From positions 1,792,001 to 1,856,000 of the forward strand of contig OZ242296.1 of the NCBI GenBank assembly GCA_965207735.1: DNA of 64,000 nucleotides. Reading direction: 5' to 3'. Below the pieces are notes generated by a model. That model was not told where the DNA came from. It ran no database searches and saw only the letters and a list, made by a program, of their open reading frames with translations. The stretch comes from Candidatus Versatilivorator sp. (lineage in GTDB: Bacteria > Acidobacteriota > Terriglobia > Versatilivoradales > Versatilivoraceae). The first letter of the stretch is position 1, and each line of letters begins with the position of its first letter. The position numbers and the translations under genes were made by a program. Below, piece by piece: positions 1-10,469 of the stretch.

Positions 1-54
1 CATGACATTGGGCTGGCAACAGTGATGTTCCGGCGGTGACTACCCAGCTGCAAA

Positions 55-1460
55 GACCCTTTTGAAGGAAAAAGCCCGAATCTGATGGCCGGATGGCCAG
101 CGGTCGCCGGACGCAGGCACAGCTTACCCTCTCCCGGCCTTGAGGCGGGCGAACCTGCTGTGCGGTTGGGGGTGGCAACCCGGTCTTCAGAGCGTCAGGC
201 GCATCAACTGATCCACCGTCAGGGCCAGAATGCCGAACATCAGGTGGCACCTCACCTTGTCGGGGCCGCGAACCCTCACCTGCCTCCCGCCAAACTCCTC
301 CTTGAGCCGTCCGTTGACCCGCTCCACCGTCGAGCGTTCCCGGTAGCGCCGCGCCTCGGGAGTCACTTGGCCGATACAGCGCCGGGCCAGTGCCTCCCGC
401 TTCCGCTCGGCTTTCAAGGTAGCTCTTCGGCGGGGGTTGACGTCAATAATCGGCACATGCCCCAGCTTCTCACTGAAGGCCCGGATCTCCGGCGCATCGT
501 AGGCGCTGTCCATCAAGTCGTAGAGACTCTCGACCCGCCTTGCCGTCAGCGTCGCCAGCGGAATGGCTGCCTGAGAGTCATGCACCGAGGCCGAGGTCAG
601 CAGACAACTGACCGGAATCCCGCCGTCAATGGCGTCGAGGTGTAGCTTGTAGCCGGTCCAGCTCTCCTGATGCCCCTTGGCGTTGCGCTTGACGCCGATG
701 TCGCAGGCCTTGGGCAACTCCTTCAACATTTCCTCCAGCGTCATCGACCCCTGCCGCTCCAGCCGGCTCAACCGCTTGGGCCGTCGCTCGCCCTTCGGCG
801 GCCGGCCCCGCCGGCGTTTCCGCTTGGCCTCCGGCGCAGCCTTGGCCGCTGGCTTTTCCCGTCCCGCAATCGCCGTCGAGTCCCTCGACACATGCCCCGC
901 CAAGTGGCCCTTCAGCGTCTCCTCCAGCAATGCCTCGTGCAAACGCCCCGGCAGGTCGCTCTCAGCGAATTCCGCAAAGGCCCGCGAGAAGGTCGACTCG
1001 CTCGGTACCTCCCACGCCCTCTCCCAGCCGCACAGCCGCCGCAGCCTCCCCTCACTCCTCAGCCGCTCCACCAATCCCCGCGTGGTCGCCACCTCCAGCA
1101 TCGACTTCGCCAGATAGGCTCGCGCCAGCACTGCCCGATCCTCCAGCGGCCGGCCACGCCAGCCCCGACTGTAAGGCAGCAACTCCTCCACCCGCACCAA
1201 CTCCAATACCTGCACCAGCCGCTGGTAACGCTCTCCCAGAGGCCCCAAAACTTCCTCCAGCAGGGGAAACAGCTCTCGTTGAAACCGGAACCAGTGTCGT
1301 GATAGGGTTTCCCTAAGGGGCAAGTTCCACCTCCGTTCATCATGTGGTTCAGACACCTTCATGATACAACAGACAGTGGTCTTGCCCCTCCTTCCACCTG
1401 CCCTCCTTGATCTTTCCCCACGTGAAAATTCCCGCTATCTGCGAATTTTGCAAAAGGCTC
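55..1460 (-). mobile_element. Insertion sequence (IS1182/IS5-like DDE element)
   Basis: Contains a transposase ORF. Imperfect terminal IRs: GACCCTTTTGAA (55-66) and the reverse complement of the right end, GAGCCTTTTGCA (ends at 1460). The left boundary is uncertain. Confidence 0.6.
187..1362 (-). CDS. DDE transposase (IS1182/IS5-like)
   Basis: Motifs SRDSTAI, GYKLHLD, LMDSAYD, YRERSTVERVNGRLK; N-terminal CGW...PSESTFSR. Confidence 0.9.
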   Translation of the reverse strand: MKVSEPHDERRWNLPLRETLSRHWFRFQRELFPLLEEVLGPLGERYQRLVQVLELVRVEELLPYSRGWRGRPLEDRAVLARAYLAKSMLEVATTRGLVERLRSEGRLRRLCGWERAWEVPSESTFSRAFAEFAESDLPGRLHEALLEETLKGHLAGHVSRDSTAIAGREKPAAKAAPEAKRKRRRGRPPKGERRPKRLSRLERQGSMTLEEMLKELPKACDIGVKRNAKGHQESWTGYKLHLDAIDGGIPVSCLLTSASVHDSQAAIPLATLTARRVESLYDLMDSAYDAPEIRAFSEKLGHVPIIDVNPRRRATLKAERKREALARRCIGQVTPEARRYRERSTVERVNGRLKEEFGGRQVRVRGPDKVRCHLMFGILALTVDQLMRLTL

Positions 1461-1996
1461 GATTTCCAATTGTTTCACTCTATGTATGATCCGCCCGGCA
1501 GGGCGGGGGCCTCGCTTACCTGTAACAACGCCTGGGTTCGAATGAAGGGGAACCGATTGAGGGGTATTCTACAACGGGCACAGAGTTACACCCTACAATT
1601 CCCAGCGTCTGGTCTCGGTGCCGAGCATGAGTCAACCGCTGATTTAACTGCATAATTAACATGGATGGACAGGATATACAGGATTTCTAATTGATGGGTC
1701 TGCACAGAATGCTCCGGGACTAAAGTTCTCTCCCCCCTCGAGTGCGACCGTTACCATTTCTTCAACAAGGATTCCAAAACCCGTTCCCATGGCCATGGAT
1801 CACCTCGAACGAGCACCCGATCATCGAGCGAGTCCGCTTCCTGCGCAACAGCTTCTCATTCTGTTTATCCTGTCCATCCTGTATATCCATGTTCAATAAG
1901 TAGAAAACCAGTTCAACGGGACATTGTCCTTTTCCCGAAAGGCCATGGACCTCCGTTGTTTCACCCTCGAATGATCCGCCCCGTCGTGGGGGGGCG
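1461..1996. repeat. Composite intergenic repeat array 1 (two GTTTCA-hairpin sites around a GxxExxY-derived shell)
   Basis: GTTTCA(C/T)CT...TGATCCGCC-loop-GGGCG sites at 1472 and 1958; inverted-repeat shell at 1658-1893. Confidence 0.8.
1762..1890 (-). pseudogene. 5' remnant of a GxxExxY-family gene
   Basis: MDIQDGQDKQNEKLLRRKRTRSMIGCSFEVIHGHGNGF resembles the GxxExxY N-terminus (LT..IIG.AFEV..ELG.GF), followed by a stop. Confidence 0.6.
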
Positions 1997-2116
1997 AGCC
2001 ATAACTCAATTGTAAAGAACTCCATCCGCCTCCGCCAGAAAACCAGGCCAACCTCCTGTTCGCCCTGGTCCTGGTGGCGATGTACTGGAGCACGTAGAAA
2101 GGGTTGCGCGGCAGCG

Positions 2117-3421
2117 CTACTCGGCCGCGTCTTCGCCGCGGGCGTGCGCCCGCTCGCGGGCGCTCGGGTTGACGGATGGACGGAATGGAACCTCGCACAC
2201 CCGCGCGGGGTCCGACCGTCCCGGTTCACTGGCGTAGTCGTCGGGCAGCCGGACCCGCAGCTCGGTCCCGACCGCGGACTTGCCGAGCGGCACGTAGCCG
2301 AGGGCGATGTTGCAGCCGATCTCGGGGGCGTGCCAGGGCGAAGTCAGGTACCCGATCGGGTCGCCGCCGGCGGCGTCCGAGACCAGCCAGAAGTCCGGCG
2401 CATAGTCGTCGATCGGCTTGCCGCCCAGCCTCATGCCCACCATGACCATCTTGAACGGCGGTCTGCCGGCCTCGATCTCGGCCCGCATCCGTTCGAGGGC
2501 CGCCCGCCCGATGTAGTCGCCCCTTTTCTTGCGCGGCACCTGATAGGCCAGGTTGCACTGGAACGGCACCGTCTCATGGTCCATGTCCTGGCCCCAGGAC
2601 AGGATGCCGGCCTGGATGCGGCGCTGATGGCCGGGGGCGATGACCATCAGTTGGTGGGGTTCCCCCGCCTCGAGCACCGCGCTCCACAGCCTTTCGGCGT
2701 GCAGGGTCGCATCCCGCAGATAGATTTCGTAGCCCTTCTCGCCCGAGAAGCCGGACTGGGAGACGACGACCGAACAGCCCCCGATCTCCGCTTCCAGGAG
2801 GCCGTAATAGGGGATATCCCGGACCGCGCCGCCGACCAGATCGGCCATCAGGGCGAGCGACTTCGGCCCCTGTATCTGCACCGGGCAAACATCGATCTCG
2901 TCGATCTCCACGTCCATGCGCAAACCAACGTTGACGCCCTTCAACCAGTACAGCAGGTCCGAGTCGGCCAGCGAGAACCAGAACTCGTTGCGCGAGAGGC
3001 GCAGCAGCACCGGGTCGTTCAGGATGCCGCCCTTCTCGTTGCAGAGGATGACGTAGCGCGCGCTCATCGGCTCGATGAGGGTGGCGTCGCGGGTGATGAC
3101 GTAGTCGACGAACCGCTCGGCATCGGTGCCGGCGACCCGGATCTGCCGTTCGACCGCCACGTTCCACAGCGTGACGTGCCGGGTCAGGGCCTCGTGCTCG
3201 GCCGCGGCGCCGCCATCCTCGGGCCGGACGTAGCCGCGCGGATGGTACACGCGGTTGTAGACCGTGGCCCGCCAGCACCCCGCGGCATGGGACAGATGCC
3301 AGTAGGGCGACTTCCGCACGCGAGTGGAGATGAGCAGTTCGGTGGGGGTGAAGCCACTCTGGCGCAGGTTGATCGGTACGATGCGGTCGGATTGGTCGAC
3401 GCCGCGCGGCTGACCGCTCAT
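2117..3421 (-). CDS. GcvT-family aminomethyltransferase (DmdA-like demethylase)
   Basis: LWNVAVERQI, GGILNDPVLLRL, SQSGFSGEKGYEIY and a C-terminal GcvT barrel; GGAGGAG RBS before ATG 3421. Confidence 0.85.
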   Translation of the reverse strand: MSGQPRGVDQSDRIVPINLRQSGFTPTELLISTRVRKSPYWHLSHAAGCWRATVYNRVYHPRGYVRPEDGGAAAEHEALTRHVTLWNVAVERQIRVAGTDAERFVDYVITRDATLIEPMSARYVILCNEKGGILNDPVLLRLSRNEFWFSLADSDLLYWLKGVNVGLRMDVEIDEIDVCPVQIQGPKSLALMADLVGGAVRDIPYYGLLEAEIGGCSVVVSQSGFSGEKGYEIYLRDATLHAERLWSAVLEAGEPHQLMVIAPGHQRRIQAGILSWGQDMDHETVPFQCNLAYQVPRKKRGDYIGRAALERMRAEIEAGRPPFKMVMVGMRLGGKPIDDYAPDFWLVSDAAGGDPIGYLTSPWHAPEIGCNIALGYVPLGKSAVGTELRVRLPDDYASEPGRSDPARVCEVPFRPSVNPSARERAHARGEDAAE

Positions 3422-3578
3422 GGCTCCTCCCGTCGCATCCTTGCGAACCAGCATCCGGCAGTCGTTTGCAGGAGCGGGACGGACTGCATTATCATGCACA
3501 ATTCGGGCTGCGGTCAACCGTTCAGGGCCGCTATCGAGGGACGGCCGGCGGCCCGGTATCGTCGTGCACAACCGGGAG

Positions 3579-6131
3579 ATGAAATTGAAAGCGTTCAACA
3601 AGAGCAGCACGGTCCGGAGCGCCGCGCCGACGCGGGCAAGTATCGCCGTGATCGGCGCCGGCATCGTCGGCAACTGCCTGGTTGCTCATCTGGCCGAGCT
3701 CGGTTGGCGCGACCTGCTGCTCATCGACAAGGGGCCGCTGCCCAAGCCCGGGGGCTCGACCGGCCACGCCTCGAACTTCATCTTTCCGACCGACCACAAC
3801 CGCGAGATCGCGATGCTGACCCTGGACAGCCAGCGCCAGTACCAGGCGCTCGGCGTCAACACCACCTGCGGCGGCATCGAGGTGGCGCGCACCGAGGCCC
3901 GCATGGAGGAATTGCGCCGGCGCATGACCTCGGCGCGGGCCTGGGGCATCGAGGTCGAACTGCTGTCGTCGGCCGAGGTCGTCGCCAAGGCCCCGTTCGT
4001 GAACGGCGACGTGATCCGGGGCGGCTTCTACACGCCCAGCGCGTCGGTGGTCGACTCGGTCCGGGCGGGTACGATCATGCGGGAGCGGGCGCAGGCAAAG
4101 GGCGTGCTCACGGTGCTGGACAACACCGAGGTCACCGGACTCGAGGTGACCCGCCCGCCCATCGGCCGCCCGCGCATCCGCGCCGTGGTTACCGCGGACG
4201 GGGCGATCGAGGTCGAGCAGGTGGTGATCGCCTGCGGGGTCTGGAGCCCACGCCTCGCCGCCATGGCCGGCGCCACCATTCCCCTTGCGCCGGCCGTGCA
4301 CCAAATGGCCAACCTCGGCCCGATCGACCTTCTGCACCGGACCGGCAACGAGATCGGCTTTCCCATCGTGCGCGACATGGACACGTTCATGTATGAGCGG
4401 CAGAGTGAGGACGTGATGCAGGTCGGCTCCTACGCCCATCGGCCCATTCTGGTGCATCCCGACGACATTCCGTCGCTGGCCGAGGCCGAGCGTTCGCCCA
4501 CCGAGTTGCCGTTCACCTCCGGCGACTTCGCACCGCAGCTCGAACACGCCCGCGAGATCATGGGCGGGCTGCTGGCCGGGTCCGAGATGGGATACGCGGT
4601 CAACGGCCTGCTGTCCCTGACCCCCGACGCGCAGCAGGTGCTGGGGGAGACAGCCGAGGTGGAGAAGCTCTGGTCGGCCGCGGCCGTCTGGGTCAAGGAA
4701 GGCCCGGGCACGGCGCGGCTGGTCGCGGAGTGGATCACCTACGGCTACCCGCGCCTATGCGATCCGCACGGGTCCGACGTCACCCGATTCTATCCCCACG
4801 AGCGGACTGTGCAGCACATTCGCCAGCGCTGCCGCGAGCACTTCAACAAGACCTACGGCATTGTGCATCCGCGCGAGCAGTGGGCGTCGGCGCGCGGCAT
4901 GAAACGGGCGCCGTTCCATGACCGGACCGCCGCCCTGGGTGCCGAATTCCACGAGGCGCGCGGCTGGGAACGCCCCCAGTGGTACGCGAGCAACGCCGAT
5001 CTGGTTTCGCGCTACGGGGTTTCGGACCGACCCCACGAATGGGACCGTCGCTGGTGGTCGCCCATCATCGACGCGGAACACCTCCACTTGCGGGAGAAAG
5101 TGGGCATCGTCGATCTGAGTGGGTTCCAGATCTTCGACGTGTCCGGACCCGATGTGACACCCTACCTCGAAGGGCTGACGGTGAACCGTTGCAACCGTCC
5201 CGCCGGCCGCTGCATCTACACGCCGCTGCTCACTCCGGAGGGTGGCATCCGAGCCGATCTCACCATCCAGCGGCTCGCCGATGATCGGTTCCGCATCGTT
5301 ACCGGTGCCTTCGACGGCGCGCGCGACGAGGTCTGGTTCCGCCGGCATCTGCCCACTGACGGCTCCGTGCTGTTCGAGAACCTGTCGCCTGCGCTTTGCA
5401 CTCTCGGCGTGTGGGGTCCGGACGCCGGCGCACTGCTCTCCACCATCACCGACACGCCGCTCTCCCAAGCGGCCTTCCCCTACGGCACGCTGCAGGAGGC
5501 GATCGTCGGCGGCGTGCCGGTAACGATGCTGCGCATCTCGTACGTGGGCGAGAACGGTTGGGAGATCTATGCCGGCATGCCGCACGGCCTGCATCTGTGG
5601 GACGCGGTGCTGGAGGCCGGCTGCGCATTCGACGCCCGGCCGGTGGGCATGGGGGTGTACGGCGGCACCGGCCGCCTGGAGAAGGGATACGCGCTCATGG
5701 GCGCGGATCTCGACTCGGAGCACTCACCGGTCGAGGCCGGTCTGGGGCCGGCCCGCGTGAAAGACGCGGACTTCATTGGCAAAAACGCCTATCTGCAGGC
5801 GCGCTCGGCGGGACCCGTGGCCAAGCTGTGCACGCTGACCATGGACACCCACGACGATGGGTCGGGGCTGAGGCGCTTTCCCACCGGCGGCAACGAGCCG
5901 ATCCTCACTGCAGACGGCGCGCGCATCGTCGATGCCCGCGACCGGGAGTCGCGGGTAACCTCCGCCGGCATGGGACCTTCCGTCGGCAAGTATCTCCTGC
6001 TCGCCTATCTGCCGACCGAGCACGCGGCGCCCGGCACCAGACTGCAGGTGCTGTACATGAACAGAGCCTATCCGGTGACGGTGGCCGCCGCGCCCGTATT
6101 CGATCCCGGGAACACCCGGATGAAAGCCTAG
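3579..6131 (+). CDS. FAD-dependent oxidoreductase with GcvT domain (dimethylglycine/sarcosine oxidase-like)
   Basis: VIGAGIVG Rossmann motif, PGGSTGHA, GWERPQWY, RISYVGENGWEIY, RLEKGY. Confidence 0.9.
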   Translation: MKLKAFNKSSTVRSAAPTRASIAVIGAGIVGNCLVAHLAELGWRDLLLIDKGPLPKPGGSTGHASNFIFPTDHNREIAMLTLDSQRQYQALGVNTTCGGIEVARTEARMEELRRRMTSARAWGIEVELLSSAEVVAKAPFVNGDVIRGGFYTPSASVVDSVRAGTIMRERAQAKGVLTVLDNTEVTGLEVTRPPIGRPRIRAVVTADGAIEVEQVVIACGVWSPRLAAMAGATIPLAPAVHQMANLGPIDLLHRTGNEIGFPIVRDMDTFMYERQSEDVMQVGSYAHRPILVHPDDIPSLAEAERSPTELPFTSGDFAPQLEHAREIMGGLLAGSEMGYAVNGLLSLTPDAQQVLGETAEVEKLWSAAAVWVKEGPGTARLVAEWITYGYPRLCDPHGSDVTRFYPHERTVQHIRQRCREHFNKTYGIVHPREQWASARGMKRAPFHDRTAALGAEFHEARGWERPQWYASNADLVSRYGVSDRPHEWDRRWWSPIIDAEHLHLREKVGIVDLSGFQIFDVSGPDVTPYLEGLTVNRCNRPAGRCIYTPLLTPEGGIRADLTIQRLADDRFRIVTGAFDGARDEVWFRRHLPTDGSVLFENLSPALCTLGVWGPDAGALLSTITDTPLSQAAFPYGTLQEAIVGGVPVTMLRISYVGENGWEIYAGMPHGLHLWDAVLEAGCAFDARPVGMGVYGGTGRLEKGYALMGADLDSEHSPVEAGLGPARVKDADFIGKNAYLQARSAGPVAKLCTLTMDTHDDGSGLRRFPTGGNEPILTADGARIVDARDRESRVTSAGMGPSVGKYLLLAYLPTEHAAPGTRLQVLYMNRAYPVTVAAAPVFDPGNTRMKA

Positions 6132-6151
6132 CCCCCGCCGGGCAACCGGCA

Positions 6152-6325
6152 CCTGCCCTGCTGGGCGGATTATTCGAGAGTGCAACAATTGGAATCGACC
6201 ATTCCTTCGCGAGCTTGGTATCCCCTCGCGGTTAACCTCGACGCATTAGTGCCCCTTCGTCGTTCTTCGTACCCCTTCGTGGATCACTCTTTTTCTTTTG
6301 TCTTTTTTCGTTTGTTTCAGGTAAG
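6152..6325 (-). repeat. Inverted copy of the ~182-bp repeat unit
   Basis: Reverse complement aligns by eye to 10565-10746. Confidence 0.85.
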
Positions 6326-6334
6326 TCCGCCGGG

Positions 6335-7810
6335 CTAGGCCGAGGGCCGATCGAGCAGCTCATGCACCACCTTGGCTCCGGTCACCGGGTAGTCGGTCGG
6401 GGTCTCGTCTCGACCGTGGTGGAGATAGCTCAGCTTCTGGTGGTCCACTCCCAGTTGGTGCAGCACGGTGGCCTGCAGATCGGGCACGCTCACTCGGTCC
6501 TGCACGGCCCGATAGCCGAACTCGTCGGTGGCCCCATGGGCGTAGCCGGCCTTGAATCCCCCGCCCCCAAGCCAGAGGGTAAAGGCGTTGCGATTGTGGT
6601 CTCGCCCCATCCCGTTCTGGGAGACCGGCAGCCGTCCGAATTCTCCGCACCACATCACAATCACGCTGTCCAGCAATCCCCGGCCCTGGAGGTCTCTCAC
6701 CAGGCCTTCGACCGGCAGCTCCGTCCTGGCGGCAATGGCTTCGATCTCGTTTCGGGTGTTGGTGTGGCTGTCCCAGGGCTGGGTGGAGGGCTTGGCCGGT
6801 GGGAAGACCTGAACGAAGCGCACTCCGGCCTCCACCAGGCGCCGGGCCATCAGCAGTCGGGTCCCGTAGCTGGAGGTCTCCGGGATGTCCAGTCCGTAGA
6901 GCTGCTTGGTGGCCGCCGACTCGCGGGAGTGGTCCAGGACCTCCCCGGCCGCCAACTGCATCCGCGCCGCCAGCTCATAGTTGCGAATGCGCGTTTCCAG
7001 ATCGGAGTTGTGGGGAAAGTCGACTCGATGCCGCTGGTTGAGCTTCGCCAGAAAGTCCAGCTGGTCTCTTCGCGACTGGCCGGCCACCGGACGGGCGGGA
7101 TGCAGATCCAGGACGGCGGAACCCCGGGAACTGAATTCCGTGCCTCGATAGAGGGATGGCAACCAGCCGTTCTCCCACAACAGGGCGGCGCTGGTGCCGT
7201 AGCCTTCGGGGTCGCGCAAGACGATGTAGGCCGGGAGGTTCTGGTTCTCGGTCCCGAGAGCGTAGCTGATCCAGGCCCCCAGGGTGGGCCTGCCCGGAAA
7301 GATCTTGCAGGTCTGAAGCATGACCAGGGCTTCGGTGTGGTTGTTGTGCTCGGTGTGCATGGAGCGCACGAAGCAGAGGTCGTCCACCATGGAAGCCGTG
7401 TGGGGGATGGCGTTGGAGAGCTCGATCCCGGACTGCCCGCGAGGCGCAAACTCGAAGGGGCTGCCCAGCAGCAGGTTGGCTTCGCTGCCAGGCTGAAAGG
7501 TCTCCACCTTTTCGGCATGCCGCTTTCCGGATCGCTTCTGCAGTTCCGGCTTGGGATCGAACAGATCCATCTGGCTGGGTCCGCCGTTTTGCATGAGTTG
7601 AATCACGGCACGGGCCCGCGGCTGGATATGGGGCCGCCTGGGCAAGAGATTGGGACCGTCTGCGGAAGAGGAACGCCCGGCGGCCGGCTCCGCCTGCAGC
7701 AGGTGGGCCAAGGCCATACCGCCGAATCCCAGCCCCGACCTGTGCAGGAACTCCCGCCGCGACCAGGAGCCTTCCTGCCAAGGAGAAACGTCTGTTTTCT
7801 TATCCCACAT
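6335..7810 (-). CDS. DUF1501 protein (sulfatase-like, Tat signal)
   Basis: SRREFL, GGPSQMDLFDPKP, ARRLVEAGVRFVQ, GEFGRLP, GRDHN. Confidence 0.9.
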   Translation of the reverse strand: MWDKKTDVSPWQEGSWSRREFLHRSGLGFGGMALAHLLQAEPAAGRSSSADGPNLLPRRPHIQPRARAVIQLMQNGGPSQMDLFDPKPELQKRSGKRHAEKVETFQPGSEANLLLGSPFEFAPRGQSGIELSNAIPHTASMVDDLCFVRSMHTEHNNHTEALVMLQTCKIFPGRPTLGAWISYALGTENQNLPAYIVLRDPEGYGTSAALLWENGWLPSLYRGTEFSSRGSAVLDLHPARPVAGQSRRDQLDFLAKLNQRHRVDFPHNSDLETRIRNYELAARMQLAAGEVLDHSRESAATKQLYGLDIPETSSYGTRLLMARRLVEAGVRFVQVFPPAKPSTQPWDSHTNTRNEIEAIAARTELPVEGLVRDLQGRGLLDSVIVMWCGEFGRLPVSQNGMGRDHNRNAFTLWLGGGGFKAGYAHGATDEFGYRAVQDRVSVPDLQATVLHQLGVDHQKLSYLHHGRDETPTDYPVTGAKVVHELLDRPSA

Positions 7811-10469
7811 GGAGAAACTCGTTGCTGTTCAGAATCATCTGGCACAAGCTGGCCAGAGCCTCGAGATCGGCGGCCTCCCGGCCCGCCTCGGTTGCCGGAC
7901 GGCGCCTGACCTCCCGTTCCAGCAGTTCCCGGCTCCAGGCCAGCTCCTCCCGGCTGGGTACTCTGGCCAGAGCCAACCGAAAGGCCAGCTCGATTCTCGT
8001 GTCCGCGTCCCGGGCCAACTGCGACACTCGCCCGGCAAAGAACCGGGCCTGTTCCAGGAGGAAAGCGTCGTTCAACAGGACCAGGGTCTGCAGCACCGCC
8101 GCCGACGTCGCCCTCCGGGCGCAGTTCATCGACAACTTGGGCTGGTCGAAGACGCTCAACAGGGTCAGGTTGTAGTTCCTGCGACCCACCAGGTAGAGAC
8201 TCCTCCTCCAGCGGTCGCCCGGATGGGCCAGATCCGGCTCCGACACCGTCACCATGCCGTCGGCTCGCCCGTCCAGGCGGATGGGCGCCCCCCCCATGGT
8301 ACGGCTCAGCTTGCCGCTGACGGTCATGATGGAGTCCCGGATAACCTCGGACTCCAGGCGGCGCAAGGGCATCCTCCACAGTAGTTGGTTGCCTGGATCC
8401 TTGCTCATGCCCATCCTGGCACGTTGCCTGTCACCCGCGGATTCGTCGGGGCCGGGCAAGCGTGACCGCTGCCGATAGGCGGTGGAGGTCACCAGCAGCC
8501 GCACCAAAGGCTTGACCTGCCAGCCGCCGCTCACAAAGCCATCCGCCAACCACTCCAGCAGCTCCGGATGGGTGGGACGGGCTCCGTTGCGTCCCAGATT
8601 GTCGGAAGTGGCCACAATGCCCTCTCCAAACAAGCGTTGCCAGACACGATTGACCCGGACGCGAGCCACCAGGGCGGCGGCCCTGGAACCGGGCTCCGTC
8701 AAACGCTTGGCCAGCGCCAGCCGCCGGCCGCTGGTCTGGCCGACCGCCCCGTTTTCCTGCAGCAGGCCCCCCCCAGCGGGATCGGCGAGCACTGCCGGCA
8801 TCCCCGGCTCCACCTCCGGCCCCGGAGTGAGATAGTTCCCCCGGATCAGAAAGTAGGTCGGCAGCGGCTGTCCGGTGTCCACGGTGGGCTGCAGGGTGCC
8901 GTAGGTCCGGCGGTGTCGTTCCAGGGAGGCGATCCGGCTCTTGAGACGCGACGCCCTTGCCAGCTCCTCCGAGTTCAAGAGGGCCTGGATCTGCTCTTCC
9001 GACGGCATGACCACCGGCTCGAACTTCTCCTTGAGGTAGCGCTGCGCCGGCCGCAACTCGTTTTCAAAGGACTTGAGCGCGATCCTCAAATCCTCCCGGA
9101 TCACCTCGGGGACCTGGGCCAGCCGTTCTTCCATCAGGCGCTGTCTATAGGGATGATAGAGGGCATTGAGCTTGCGGCGGAAAGGCTTGATCCGAAGGTC
9201 CAGCCGGCGGTTGGCGCGATCGATGGACTCCTTCTCCAGCGGCGAGGCCTCGGGCAGAGACCGCTCATCGGGTTGCAGCCACTGCTGGGGGTTGTAGGCC
9301 GGCGTGAAAACGGCCGTCAACCGGTAGTAGTCCAACTGGGAAATGGGGTCGTACTTGTGGTCGTGGCACTGGGCGCAGCCCACGGTGAGCCCCATCACGT
9401 TGCTGGCGACGGTCTGAACGGTGCGCTGCAGGACCCCGTAGCGAATGTCGGGGGTGTTGAGCACATCCTGGTTGGTGTCGTCGGCGGCAACTCTGAGAAA
9501 GCCGGTGGCCTTCAGCAGGCGGCTCATGGCGGGACTGAGCTCCGGCGCCGCGCGCCAGTCCACCATCTCGTCTCCGGCCAACTGCTCGGTGAGAAAACGG
9601 TCGTAGGGCTGGTCCCGGTTGATGGCATCGATGACATAGTCCCGGTACTTCCATTTTCCGGGAACGCCCAGCGGCTGCTTGCCGGTCACAAAGTCGTTAT
9701 CGCCGCCCAGAGTGTCGGTATATCCGGCCTCGTCCAGCCAATGACGGCCCCAGCGCTCCCCGAAATGAGGGGAAGCCAACAGACGTTCCACCAGCTGCTC
9801 ATAGGCCACCGGGGAACCGTCGGCCAGGAAGGCGTCCACCTCCTCCGGCCCCGGGGGCAAGCCGATCAGGTCCAGATAGAGGCGCCGCATCAGGAAGAGG
9901 CGGTCGGCATCGGCCGAGAACCCGATCCCTTTTTCCTCCAGCTTCTCCAGCAGAAAGCCATCCACCGGGGTGCGCACCCGCTCTGCTTGGCGAACCCGCG
10001 GCGGTTCCGGCGCCACCAGATTTCGAAAGGCCCAGAAATCCCGGTCCGCCCGGGAAAGGGGCGGTGGCTGGATCTTTATCTGGCGGCGCCGGTCGCCCGC
10101 CCGGTCCGGAGCCTGGTAGAACTTGAGGGTGGGAGCTCCGGCACCGATCCAGCGGCGAATGACTTCGATGTCCTCACCGGAGGGTTTCTTCTGTCCGGCC
10201 GGAGGCATGGACCCGTCCACCAGGCGCTTGTAGATCAGACTGGCGTCGGGCGAATGCTTCACCAACCCGGCTCCACTGGCCCCGCCCTTCTCGATGAGCA
10301 GCGGGTTGGTCAGATCCAATCCGCCCATGGGCTCCAGCGACCCGTGGCAGTGGGTGCAGTAACTCGACAGGATCGGCAGGACCTCCGATTCGAACTGAGG
10401 GATGGATTGAGCCGATGCAGGCCCGGGAATTAACAGCAGAAGGACCGGCAGCCACAGCCGCATACGCAT
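7800..10469 (-). CDS. Planctomycete cytochrome c + DUF1549/DUF1553 (PSD1) protein
   Basis: Signal peptide, CTHCH, GERWGRHWLD, CAQCHDHKYDP, PTHPELLEWLA; paired with DUF1501. Confidence 0.9.
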   Translation of the reverse strand: MRMRLWLPVLLLLIPGPASAQSIPQFESEVLPILSSYCTHCHGSLEPMGGLDLTNPLLIEKGGASGAGLVKHSPDASLIYKRLVDGSMPPAGQKKPSGEDIEVIRRWIGAGAPTLKFYQAPDRAGDRRRQIKIQPPPLSRADRDFWAFRNLVAPEPPRVRQAERVRTPVDGFLLEKLEEKGIGFSADADRLFLMRRLYLDLIGLPPGPEEVDAFLADGSPVAYEQLVERLLASPHFGERWGRHWLDEAGYTDTLGGDNDFVTGKQPLGVPGKWKYRDYVIDAINRDQPYDRFLTEQLAGDEMVDWRAAPELSPAMSRLLKATGFLRVAADDTNQDVLNTPDIRYGVLQRTVQTVASNVMGLTVGCAQCHDHKYDPISQLDYYRLTAVFTPAYNPQQWLQPDERSLPEASPLEKESIDRANRRLDLRIKPFRRKLNALYHPYRQRLMEERLAQVPEVIREDLRIALKSFENELRPAQRYLKEKFEPVVMPSEEQIQALLNSEELARASRLKSRIASLERHRRTYGTLQPTVDTGQPLPTYFLIRGNYLTPGPEVEPGMPAVLADPAGGGLLQENGAVGQTSGRRLALAKRLTEPGSRAAALVARVRVNRVWQRLFGEGIVATSDNLGRNGARPTHPELLEWLADGFVSGGWQVKPLVRLLVTSTAYRQRSRLPGPDESAGDRQRARMGMSKDPGNQLLWRMPLRRLESEVIRDSIMTVSGKLSRTMGGAPIRLDGRADGMVTVSEPDLAHPGDRWRRSLYLVGRRNYNLTLLSVFDQPKLSMNCARRATSAAVLQTLVLLNDAFLLEQARFFAGRVSQLARDADTRIELAFRLALARVPSREELAWSRELLEREVRRRPATEAGREAADLEALASLCQMILNSNEFLHVG

